Source: Tubiluchus corallicola (lineage: Eukaryota > Animalia > Priapulida). Taken from it: a DNA stretch of 64,000 nucleotides. The notes beneath the pieces were generated by a model. The model saw only the letters and a program-made list of their open reading frames with translations, was not told where the DNA came from and did no database searches. The translations under genes and the position numbers were made by a program. The stretch covers positions 763,707 to 827,706 of the forward strand of contig JAQGDQ010002371.1 of assembly GCA_030141605.1 (NCBI GenBank). The letters are read 5' to 3'. Of this stretch, positions 42,793 to 54,291 are shown in pieces (within the stretch, counting starts at the first letter, position 1; every line of letters begins with the position of its first letter).

Positions 42793-43020
42793 TTAGTTTA
42801 GTTTAGTTTAGTTGAGTTGAGTTGAGTTGAGTTGAGTTGAGTTGAGTTGAGTTGAGTTGAGTTGAGTTGAGTTGAGTTGCGTTGCGTTGCGTTGCGTTGC
42901 GTTGCGTTGCGTTGCGTTGCGTTGCGTTGCGTTGCGTTGCGTTGCGTTGAGTTGAGTTGAGTTGAGTTGAGTTGAGTTGAGTTGAGTTGAGTTTAGTTTA
43001 GTTTAGTTTAGTTTAGTTTA
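42793..43020. repeat. Compound pentanucleotide microsatellite (GTTTA)3(GTTGA)13(GTTGC)14(GTTGA)9(GTTTA)6, forming the tail of the adjacent LINE
   Basis: Units counted directly; it abuts the 3' UTR of the minus-strand LINE. Confidence 0.95.
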
Positions 43021-46000
43021 TGTGGTATATGACCAACAAGGCCAGCCAAAATACGTTTTACAGAAACCACATCAGTTTGCGTGCACATTCAAGAGTAAAC
43101 AGCACATTGCATCATTACATCAGATGACTGCATAATATTGGATAACTTCTTTTCGTTACTAAGCGTTATATAACTTAGATATAGTTCACTTATATAATTA
43201 TTTCAAACGTTACGTGCTACTGCGTGTTTTGAACAATGAAATAAAAATATTTGTCTTCTACAACGTTACAGGTTTCACAAAGACGATTCCTAAACTGCGT
43301 CCGCTAGGTTCTAAGTTTATGATTTTATGTCTTTAATATTTTTATCATTTAATAAGGAAGATTCGAATACAAACTCGGACTTGTTGATAAAAGTGCAATT
43401 TAGACATATTTGTTAGAGATTGTCGTCAGGTTATTCAAAAGTTAGCTTTAACTCATCCTTCAGCAAGACAGACAGTATTAGAATAAAGCGCTATTGAGTC
43501 AGCATTTAGCAGTTGATCCAAATTTATCCTATTTAACATCAATTTCGACGACCTGTACCAAAGAACATTTAAAGTTTTGCTAAAGTGGTATCTTGGTTGC
43601 ATAGTCGTGTTTGTGGAAAAGAAATACCCGAAGCCAATATTTAACAACTCTACAAGAAATATCTAAATTTATCTGATATCTTCCTAATGCTCCAACCATG
43701 GCTGGAGTAGGAGTTGTCAGCACCTAAAATTGCTTTATAATATTTAAGAAAAGGGTTTCAAGAACAGCAAAATATTTCATACCACAGATTTCACATCCAT
43801 AACATAGGATGGGTTTGGCATATATGTTAAAGAAAGGTATTTGCAAAGTTGGCTTCAAAATACCCAAATGTTTTTGATTTACTCAGTAAAGAAAATACTA
43901 CTTCGTTGCCTTGCGAGGCAGGATAATTTACAGATTCATTAAATTAATCATTTGGATTAAAATATACGCCAATGCATTCGTGCTCGACATATTGTTTTAT
44001 TAATGTGCCGTAGCAAAAGAAATCCTGTTGGTGATTCAACAAAAGTACTCTTTTCAAATATTAAAATTTCAATCTCACTGGATTTGACAGTTTAGACTCC
44101 ATTTTCTACAATGGCTGTTCAGTAGCTTTAACTGATGTAGCAAACCCTTCTTAGTTACAATAATTAAAACGAGATCATCTGTAAACATGTCATTAATTAG
44201 TATTATGCCATCAGAATCTTGTACATTTTTTATAGACACTCATCTAAATCAATAAAATACAATAAAAACAGCATGAGTGACAGAGTACAGCATTAAAGTA
44301 CACCAAATTCAACCAAAAAATACTCAATTAAACCAGGATCAGCTAACACAACTTCGTGTATGTGTAAATGCAGCTGAGCAGCATGCAATTTCCTTGATAT
44401 TGGCCTTTTTCTTAAACAGTTTTGTCGTTGTTTTCTTTTGTAATAAAAATAGCTAACTGGACATCTCTATTATCTGTATTTAATTGAAATTTACGCATAC
44501 TTTATTTTTTAATTTTCTTTTTGGGACTGTACGTTCATAATCGAGCAATTTTTTAAAAAATTTTTGCATTATGCCCGGATTGGAAAATTTTCTGCTGTAC
44601 TTATTTAATACCAGCTGCTACAGCTGGAAAAATAATTTCTTATACGCCAGATACAGTACTTAAGGTGCTATACTTACTACCTGATTTTATATTTGACAAT
44701 TTTGGATTGGCGTTGTTTCATTGCTTGGAAAATATGTTTTAATAATTATTGGCCAGAGGGTTGAAGTCGGGCTTGAGCATTGTCCCACACAATTGTTTTA
44801 TCCAACGGACACATATTTTTTCTGCTCCTCATATTACATCTCTTGTGCTTGTGTATTTTCATTTTTTCAGCAAACATAAACAGAAACATAAAAGAGAAAA
44901 ATCTACATGCATATCAATAAAATTTTGGTACAGAATGTTGAAGACAATAACATACAGTTAATTGCTGAACAGCCTGTCGGCTGACGATAAATAAATCTCC
45001 CGGTATTTTCACTATTGCCAATTCTACCCTTTAAAATGCTAAATCTTGCTTCACAGGTGCAAAATTCCATAAGTTGCATGACAAAGCTCAGCAAGTTGCC
45101 GGCCTTGTGTATTAGTAATTTTATCCTCGTTAAACCTATCCGGGAACAAATTTACGTCATACAAATGAAAATGAGGATATGGAATTGTGGTGAAGTTTTG
45201 CTCACTAGCAGTTTCTTCATCTAAAATGAAATCATTCGAATTTGCTGTTTGTTTAGTTATTGAAATCACCACTGATGACATCATTAGGTAACTGCAATAC
45301 AGTAGATCTGGTGTAGGATTTACTACTTAGAATTTATGCAAATTAAGCAAAATATAACATTTTTAGGTAATTCAGACGAGTTGAATTTGAACCTCGCAAT
45401 GTTTGGATGCGTGGTTTTGACAATTTCATAGATTGAACTTAAACCAGAACAATGAAGCAATTCAAATCCACCTGCAATTCTTTACTTTTCACGTTCTGAA
45501 CCAAAAACATTTGTATCATAACCCGATTTGTTAAACGACGCACCGTCTGATAATCAAGTTTCTACTAAGCCAACGAAGTCAGGCTTACATATTAGTCCGT
45601 GGGACAAAAACCATGGTCTTGTAACAAGGTCTGTTATTGGGTACCCTTTATACCGTTATCTTGGTTGGTGTCCACTGCTGCCTGTCCCGACTTTCAACAG
45701 TTAAAGTTAAACTAGTTAAAGTTTCGATCCAAGTTCAATCAAAACACCTCTATAAAGTGACGTGCATTAAGATCCATTGCTCTAAGTTAGTTTATTCCTA
45801 CTATGATTGTGTCCACACTATTTTTGTTCTAGCTTCTAACTTAACTTATTACAAATCACTTCCTACTCTTCCATGTTTTTCACATGCAGTGCAGAGTCTT
45901 GAATCAATCCAATCACTGAGATTTTCAAACGCCATTTTTCTCGAAAAATTCTTGCTACAAAATCTCTGCAGCGGTCTGTCGTTTGTCATTAATAATGCCT

Positions 46001-46053
46001 CGTCACATTGAAAATGTTATTACAGGCCCTTATTAATGTCGCCATTCTCTTTT
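43021..46053 (-). mobile_element. Degenerate non-LTR retrotransposon (APE endonuclease, RT and CCHC remnants; RTE-X/CR1-like)
   Basis: Minus-strand fragments in the expected order: KPDFVGLVET*LSD (~45580), RFNEDKITNTQGRQLAELC and ILKGRIGNSENTGRF..GCSAIN (~45150-44950), MFTDDLVL..KKGLLHQLKLLNSHCRKWSL (~44190-44090), LNIGFGYF (~43630), RLCETCNVVED (~43270), then the (CTAAA)n tail. Confidence 0.82.
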
Positions 46054-46973
46054 CACTGGAGCGTCTGCGTGTTTGCATAATGTCAGCAAACGAACTGAAC
46101 GTGTTTTTCAAGGTGTGCTTCATTGTGTTTGATTTTTAAGCATTAAATATTACACAAATAGTTTTCTAATAACTGAGAAAATCAAAATTGTTAAACACGT
46201 TTACATTCAGGGAATATAGCCGTTACAATACAGTAAACAGTATGGCGAACCTTATGATTGCAAAGACTTATTTTGTGATTTTTTTTGTATAATATGGAGG
46301 TAACAAAAAATACTACTTTTGTTCACCTTAGATGCAACTGAATTGGATCACTTGGTCCATTTATTAACTTTACTAGAACGAATCTTTTCTGAAGTAAAAT
46401 TATTAGTCATTAGTAAATATAGCTTATTCATACAGAAAAGTAAAAATTTTTTGCAATAACAGTATTCCTTGGGACAAAAGTCAATTTGTGCTGTTTGCCT
46501 GTTCATCAACCATTTGTTTTCCTTAGAAGACGATGGTCTTGTAACAAGGTCTGTTATTGAGTACCCTTTATACCGTTATCTTGGTTGGTGTCCACTGCTG
46601 CCTGTCCCGACTTTCAACAGTTAAAGTTAAACTAGTTAAAGTTTCGATCCAAGTTCAATCAAAACACCTCTATAAAGTGACGTGCATTAAGATCCATTGC
46701 TCTAAGTTAGTTTATTCCTACTATGATTGTGTCCACACTATTTTTGTTCTAGCTTCTAACTTAACTTATTACATATCACTTCCTACTCTTCCATGTTTTT
46801 CACATGCAGTGCAGAGTCTTGAATCAATCCAATCACTGAGATTTTCAAACGCTATTTTTCTCGAAAAATACTTGCTACAAAATCTCTGCAGCGGTCTGTC
46901 GTTTGTCATTAATAATGCCTCGTCACATTGAAAATGTTATTATAGGCCCTTATTAATGTCGCCATTCTCTTTT
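45613..46973. repeat. Near-identical 441-bp direct duplication (45613-46053 and 46533-46973)
   Basis: Offset is exactly 920 bp with only a handful of substitutions; also visible as twin 124-aa ORFs. Confidence 0.95.
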
Positions 46974-47662
46974 ACGTACGCTGTTACGACGCAGTAGCCC
47001 CCCCTGCCTAGATTGCATTTGACCGATTATTTTATATGCAATTTGACATTGCATGTCGGTATCTAGATTTCTACGGCAGTTCCTGCGTAAAGTGGATAAC
47101 TGGAACCTAGCACACTGTCAAGGGTAGTCCTCTAAGATGGGGGCACTGGACCGGCATTCTGGGAGGTCACCCATCTACTTGCTGTCAGTGTCTGTCACAC
47201 TCGGATTGTGCTTCACACATGCTGACGAGTCAATCATTCTCCGTGCCACACAAAATTTCCATTTCACAACACACGCTAAGCATGAAAGATCTATTCTCGA
47301 ATATGGTCGCTTCCCAGTGTGCAAAAATGTCTTACGTTTACCGAACATTCGCTAATATGTTAATATTAACCGAGACATCAATTGACATAACTTTGGGGCA
47401 TCTTTATTGACTGTGCCGTTGCTGTCTACTTCAATGCATTACTGTTTAAATCCACTCTGCTGTTGTGTCTCTCTGGGGGGACATCTTGCATGACTGATCA
47501 TCTGCATGGCAATTCATCATATCTTCATGTCGGCTTGACATTGGGATGTACATAGATAAGAATATTTGCCGTCTTATTTGTGGTCGCCGCAAGTTAAGTA
47601 GAGGCGGCACTGTTTTATTTGGAATCCGTAAGGTAACGCAATATTGGCTTCCCACGCAACAG

Positions 47663-47754
<92 letters not shown>

Positions 47755-47779
47755 CGTACGTAAAAGAGAATGGCGACAT
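46956..47779. repeat. Perfect 29-bp inverted repeat pair (46956-46984 / 47751-47779)
   Basis: atgtcgccattctcttttacgtacgctgt and its reverse complement acagcgtacgtaaaagagaatggcgacat. Confidence 0.9.
47663..47750. repeat. (CT)n(AT)n microsatellite
   Basis: Seen directly. Confidence 0.95.
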
Positions 47780-50700
47780 ATATATATATAAACTTGGGAC
47801 AAACCCACAAAGCATAATTCTTGCTGTTATTAATCTATAAGTTACTTTCACAATTTGTATTGAAAAGCATAAGATGTTGTGTCCTTCCGTTGGCAGAACG
47901 GTATATTACGCGACCACTCGCGCTGAGCTTTGTCTGTTCTTGCTGTTTGACACCTCAGCATTGTCTATAGTTGACGTAATGGGCATATGATGATGTCCTC
48001 ACTGCGAGCAATCTCGCATCATCAACTTCAGCAACAAGAAATTGTCAAAATTGTGCATTCGTTCAGTATTTGACAGCGTCGGTGTTTCGGCACTCGCTAT
48101 TTTTTAACTAAATGACGATTATACAAATCGGGGTAAACGCGCACCATTATTTATATGATGTTAATTTATCAAAGCGTTAACAAATTATATCATCTAAAAA
48201 TGTCTGACTTTAAATGAAATGCACTGTATGTTTGCCATTCTTCGCTCATCCTATATAATAAATAACATTTTGAATTTTCATGCAACACTTCGTGTTTGGG
48301 GAGAATTGCATCATTGCAGTACAGATTTAAACGTATGGGTTTTGCTTACTTTTGCACTGTACGAATACCGAATCCGATTCAAATGCGAAATGCATTTGAC
48401 TTACATTGTATGTTTTTCATGCAAAATTTGCCTTGTCGTTGAGTATACAGTAGAACACAATGTATAGCGTTGCCGTAAGAAAAGGTAAATTTCTTATTTA
48501 AGTAGCAAAACTGTAGCAAGCGTGGGCTGTGTGATTTTGGATAACAAATTTCTAAACTTCAAGCTTGACTAAGGAACCCAGTTATTACACGTAAAGCCCT
48601 GGTTCCTTTACTCTAAAATCAGAATAGATAGATTCGTTTTTCTCATTTTAAAGCTCATTCTACCTCCCTTCTCTCTTCCTGTCTATAAAATGTGCTTGAA
48701 TCACCTGGGCTGCATTTCGTAATATTACTGTGAGCTTGCTGTGAAAATTATCGCGCAAATTGCAACATTAATCAATAAGAAGCATCTCCGATCATATAAT
48801 TATGCTCATGGTAATGAATAAATTGGATTCGCGGCACCATTTAACGCATGATTATGAAAACACCGCTGCTTTTTCTGGACAAATTTCGCTTCTGAGTTTT
48901 TCAGATAAGACATTTTCTTGGTAACAGTGTCATTTGTCCGTTTTCAAAAAGTGTGACAAAAACGTGACGAGTCTGCCCACCTATACGTATAGGAAAGAAT
49001 TATTGTAATTGTCTAATTTACTTTTACTATAATTTCAATAAGTATGTTTTGATCTGCCGTAGACCTAAATTAAATGGCAGTTCGTGTTTTCGTGAATAAT
49101 TATATTAGAACTAGAGAAACATTTCATGTTATTGCAATTATCCATGTGAATGATTAATTAATCTAACGGAAGGAGGAGAATTTAGGCTAACTTTTTTACT
49201 CACATTCATAATACATATTTTGCAAAATACAAATATATGTACACACTAGTCACAGTGTAGTGCTAGTGTTGTAATGTAGTTCTATAACGCATTACTAGCA
49301 TTGTACAGTATGCTGCAGAATGAGCCTTTTCACAATTCCAACGATTGATGATGATCGTGAAAAGGTCAAAGGTTAAGTGTACCAGACAACGCATTTGTGT
49401 ACACTTGACAATGCCTCGCAACCCCATGCTGTTGTAAAAGTAATTAAGAAAAGGGACGAATGCTAGCTATAGAACCTTATCTAGTTCATTTTTACTTCAC
49501 GGGCAGACTAATGCATAATTAAGTAAAGTCCACTTGCTTTCCCCACATGTCACGTGACGGCTACAGACCTATAGCAACTGCGCGTGCGCACAACGAAACT
49601 GCGAAAAGGCTTATTATGCAATACAATGTAGTATTACGTACAGTGGCTGTTATAGTTCACTAACGCATTCGGCATTACTAGTCAGTTGTATTACATTGTA
49701 TAGTATGTTATTGCATTAAACAGGATAATGTGGCACTACTGTTATAATATATTTCAGTAACGCATTACTAGGCTATTACATTATGCAGTATGCAACTGAA
49801 TCATCTAGTTTAATATATACTACAATAATTGTTACAGTTCAGTAACGCGTTACCAGCCTATTGCATTATATTCTTTGGTTTCACGTGCGCTGAAACAACA
49901 TGTTATAAATACGTTCTCGGCGTTTCTCTTTTCCTTACGTACGCCATCACTTCCCGTTGCATTTTAAGACTGACAAATTGATTTATCATTTTATTGCTTT
50001 ATTGTGTTACTGAATTACTGAATAATGCATTACTCTCGCTGCTAGGTCTATAAGTTCGTGAAGCCATTTAATTAATACTCACCACAGTGTAATTATTTTC
50101 ATTTTGTTGACAGAATAATTAATTTCTATGCGGTTGCTATCCAGTTCTCCAAGAAGACTATTACTTTATTGTATTTTCAATGTCAGTTCATCTGAGTGGC
50201 TGGTGCTATTTTTCGTAATAGTATGCATACTTGTACATAAATATGACTTTTGTAATTTTAAGCTTACAACAGTGTTGCGGGCCTTACAGATGTACGAACC
50301 GTGAGGTCACACCAGGCCCGCAGCTTTAAGTGAAATAAATAAATCAAAAGAAAAGATTTTTATTGCTTATATGTACCTGCAATCATTGCATTAGCCGCTT
50401 ATGTTTATTTTTTATGTTTAAGTCTTCTATGTTTTAGTGTCCGCATATTTGTTTTTTTGTATACTTATAAACATTGTGTATTGCTGAACATTTTAACTGA
50501 AATTCCTAAGGCCTCTTATGATATAGTGTAAGTATTTGACAATGATAACAAGATAATAAGCAGTGATAGTAAAGGCTAGCTGGCCAGCTTAATTTTTATG
50601 CATTTACTAACATAAGAATAAATTGTCTCCTAAAATAAAAATGCTGTAGTTGAAAGTTTCAATACTAGGAATACGTGCATGTTAGGGGCTGGTGTGATTT

Positions 50701-50877
50701 TAAAAATATATGGTTGGTCATTTTTTCGGAAAGCCTGGAAGAAATAAATTACATCAGTTTACAGTTTTCGAAATTAGCTAAGTTAGTTCATTAAATTCCG
50801 CCCTCCAGTAACACAAGTTAAATTGACCATTAAAAAAGTTATCAAGTGACAGCTGTGTCAGAGTCCTAGTAACGTAG

Positions 50878-51205
50878 TGGCCCTCCGAAGTCACCTTGAT
50901 ACACCTCTTGTCTTCGTATTTCCCCCAACTGTTTCCATTTCAAATACAGGGCTTAAATTGAGAGTACGATAAAAAGGTTTCGGGTGAGGATTGCCAAAGA
51001 TTCCTGTAACAAGTGATTCCTTTAACTTAATGGCTTAGTTTAACATCTAGCAATACACAACGTTTTTCATTTCATTTAGAGGGGTTAAACTGAAAGTACG
51101 ATAAAAAAAAGTTTTCGAGTGAGGATTGTAAGACAAGTGATTTCTTTAACATAATCGGTTCCCGCTGAGGTCACCTTGATACACTTCGTCTCTTCGAATT
51201 TTCCC
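50878..51205. repeat. Diverged short direct repeats in A-B-B'-A' order
   Basis: A: gtcaccttgatacac..tcttcg.attt at ~50890 and ~51170. B: agtacgataaaaa..tttcg.gtgaggattg..acaagtgatt.ctttaac at ~50963 and ~51095. Confidence 0.6.
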
Positions 51206-52312
51206 TAAATTTTCTGCCGAGCCTGATTAAATTTACAGGGCAAACCTCTTTCCAAATTAAGCTCCACACTCACGCACGTAGTTCACATCTGCCATTTCTC
51301 ACAACGCACGCGGAATTAGCAAGCGTGCATGGAAAAGTGATGTCACCTCTTAAGCAATTAATAATTAAATGAATAAGCTTGAATTTCCCTCACGGGATTC
51401 TTAAAAGTGCTTACTCACTTACTTATCATTTGTAAGAGATAAGCTTCGCTGCAACTGTTTGCGCTGCGTTTGCATCTCGTGCATGTTACATTCGAGAATA
51501 TTGTTGCTTCATACTGCTTTGTTGATTAGTTGGCTTCTTAAATTGGCAAATTGACATTGACATTACTTTGGGTGGTACCTACTGCTGCTAATAATGGTTC
51601 ACAAATTTTACGTAGCTTTTTTCACGTAAAATTGGACGTGTAGGCCAAAAATTCATTATTTTTCGTATAACGAGGTCGCCCTTGCGCGTGTAACGTGAAT
51701 TGCATAATTCCAAAGTGAAAAGCATATCGGGATAAAGTCAAATTAAAATAATATACATATATTTGTCGAATTATTGTTGCTATCTGGAAAAGTTTCAGAT
51801 ATATTATCTTACATAACGTGTATTGTCTGTAGATTAATTGAAATGTTTTTAAGATTTTGTTTTAACATTACTGTAACCCGTATTTTCAAAAGTTTTAGTC
51901 TAAATTACACCTTCATTGTTGTTTAACTTACTTAAACTGTATTGATATAGCAAATATTGTTTTAATTTACATTCTGAAGATGCCAAACGATTGCCGAAAT
52001 TTTGAAGATATAAATTCCGATTGTATCAATGAATGTAATTATATGTAATTAGTCAACATTTTCTACTTTGAACGAACTCACGTACAGGCAAAGAACTCTT
52101 TTCTTGTCAAAAATGGATATAACTGGATTTGATAGTCACTCTTCATATATAGTTAACTGCAGCTTGGGCAGCATGTGCGATAAAATTGAATTTTCGGCAA
52201 GAATTAGCGTATAATTGGTTTAGCAATGGTTTCAGTAAAAGGTGAAGCCGTAATAAGACTAATGGCTTCAGTTGCAGCTGCCATTACAGCAGTCACTGCT
52301 CAAATTCATGGC

Positions 52313-52505
52313 AGTGTCTTCAAGCATTGTCCATAGTAAAGTCAAATTCACGACGGTTGTGTGCTTCAAGCACTGTCCACAGTAGATTCATATTCACAAA
52401 TAACAAAGGTTGTGTGCTTCAAGCACTGTTCACGGTAAAGTCATATTCACAAATCACAATGATTGTGTGCTTCAAGCATTGTCCACAGCAGAGTCAAATT
52501 CACAT
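52313..52505. repeat. Degenerate ~50-bp tandem repeat, about 4 copies
   Basis: Recurring tgtgtgcttcaagca.tgt.cac.g..a.tca.attcac. Confidence 0.75.
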
Positions 52506-52598
52506 TGCTGTGAAAAACGGTGGTCTAGGAAACCTTACACTTTTACTGAGCATTTCGCTGTTTGTTGCAATGAAAAAGTCAGATTTATTGTCACTGAG

Positions 52599-52599
<1 letters not shown>

Positions 52600-52659
<60 letters not shown>
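52600..52659. repeat. (GAT)20 microsatellite
   Basis: Seen directly. Confidence 0.95.
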
Positions 52660-52660
<1 letters not shown>

Positions 52661-54291
52661 CCGCAGTTGTTATACTGCTATTGCCACTGCCTTTGCCCCC
52701 TACTACTGCTATTGCTCTCACTGTTACTGTTGGTACACCTCTGCTGGACTGGCAGTCCTGCTGTTTTGAGTCTTAGTGTTTGGTCCTCGTGTGTAATGAC
52801 CTGAATTTCTATTAGAAAAAATGTAGAAGCAAGCATGTTGTAGTAAAATTAACAGAGCTTAAGAAATCAAGAAATTTGCCAGTCATCCAAGAGCTTTCCT
52901 AAAAGACTCCCGTATGTCTAACAGGCAAAAGCAGTACTGTACCACACCTGATTAGGCCAATCATAAAATGCAAGGCTCTCAAATCAGAAATTGTAACAAA
53001 CTTTATGCTTATTGGCAACAAAAATAAATTTCAGTCTTCACCCATTTTTTTCAAACACAATTCATTTCAATATAAGTCATAATTAGATCAGCATTCATCG
53101 CAAAAGTGATCTCCTTTACTATATCAGCTAGTCGTATGTATGGTATGAACGTATTGTGAATTGGCTTCGTTGGCTCTATGCGACAAATCAAATATAGGAA
53201 TATACACTCAAGAGTATTTACTGAGCAAATATTAAGCATGGGCTGTATAACTGATCTCAATAATTGCTTTTGTCGTAAGGTTGTCAATTATCTCGGAAAA
53301 GAAAATGTTAACCAATATCACTGAAAAAGTGATCTGAAGAGATATAGGTTTCGGTTTACACTTATTGTCCTAAAATGGTCGTTGCAGGCTGAGCCTAACT
53401 GTAGGCAAATTTATACGATAGACGAATAGTTAAACCTAAGTAATTTATGAAAATGTAAAACATAATCAGTAACTTCTAAAAAAAATTCACGTCTTATGAA
53501 TACCGCAAAATGTCTTTTCACCACTACCCAATACTAGCAGATATTACAAGCGAAGCTTACTATAGTGACATCATTATGTAAATACAAAATACACACCGCA
53601 TTTTTTTAAGTAAAAAATTACTGAAAACGTCATTATCACTGCTTATTGCAACACGCATATGATCATACGGCGACATAAATTCCCGACATAGTTATAATTT
53701 TTATAAATATATTTCAGCAAGATAGAAATGTCATCTCGATTGCACAGAAGCTAAATTTTGACTTCAACACCTTGTAATCTGTACTTTGCAGTCTGTGTAG
53801 GGCATTGTGATTATTCGAGGTATGAAGCCGTGTCTACATTCCTGTTTCCGGTGACCTCGGGAAAAAGAGTTGAAAATAATAAGATAGCAACGCGTGACTG
53901 ACTGTCCCTTAAGCACAGCTCCAATTTAAGATATTCTGTTTGCTTAGAAGAAACCCTAGCTTTACTTACTGTCGCTATTGTAATATATCTATGATCAAAC
54001 ACAAAGCAGCTCAGCGTTTGACCACAGTTAGACATAACACAGTTCTAATCTGACACGTAGTTAGACATTAGTGTTCATGCTAAATCAAGCATACATAGAA
54101 TATACATGCCATATAGCATAATTTTACTTATTTGTTTGAAGTTTTACTTCAGCACTTTAGTATATTGGAAAGTTTATGTACATTCAATAATAATAATTGC
54201 TTCTGTTTTTGTGTGCATAATAAGTTTTGTAACATTGTATTATATTAATCATGATATTACGATGTTTATTCATTTTTTTAAATTTCTGCAG

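Noticed and set aside
45637-46931. Twin 124-aa plus-strand ORFs as a duplicated gene
   Set aside because: They start at TTG, are antisense to LINE-associated sequence, and simply reflect the 441-bp duplication.
47546-47851. YIYIYI ORFs
   Set aside because: Translations of the (AT)n microsatellite.
52327-52804. Poly-Asp, poly-Met or poly-Ser ORFs, including as the acidic ACL4 tail
   Set aside because: Produced by the (GAT)20 microsatellite; no suitable plus-strand acceptor and no family similarity.
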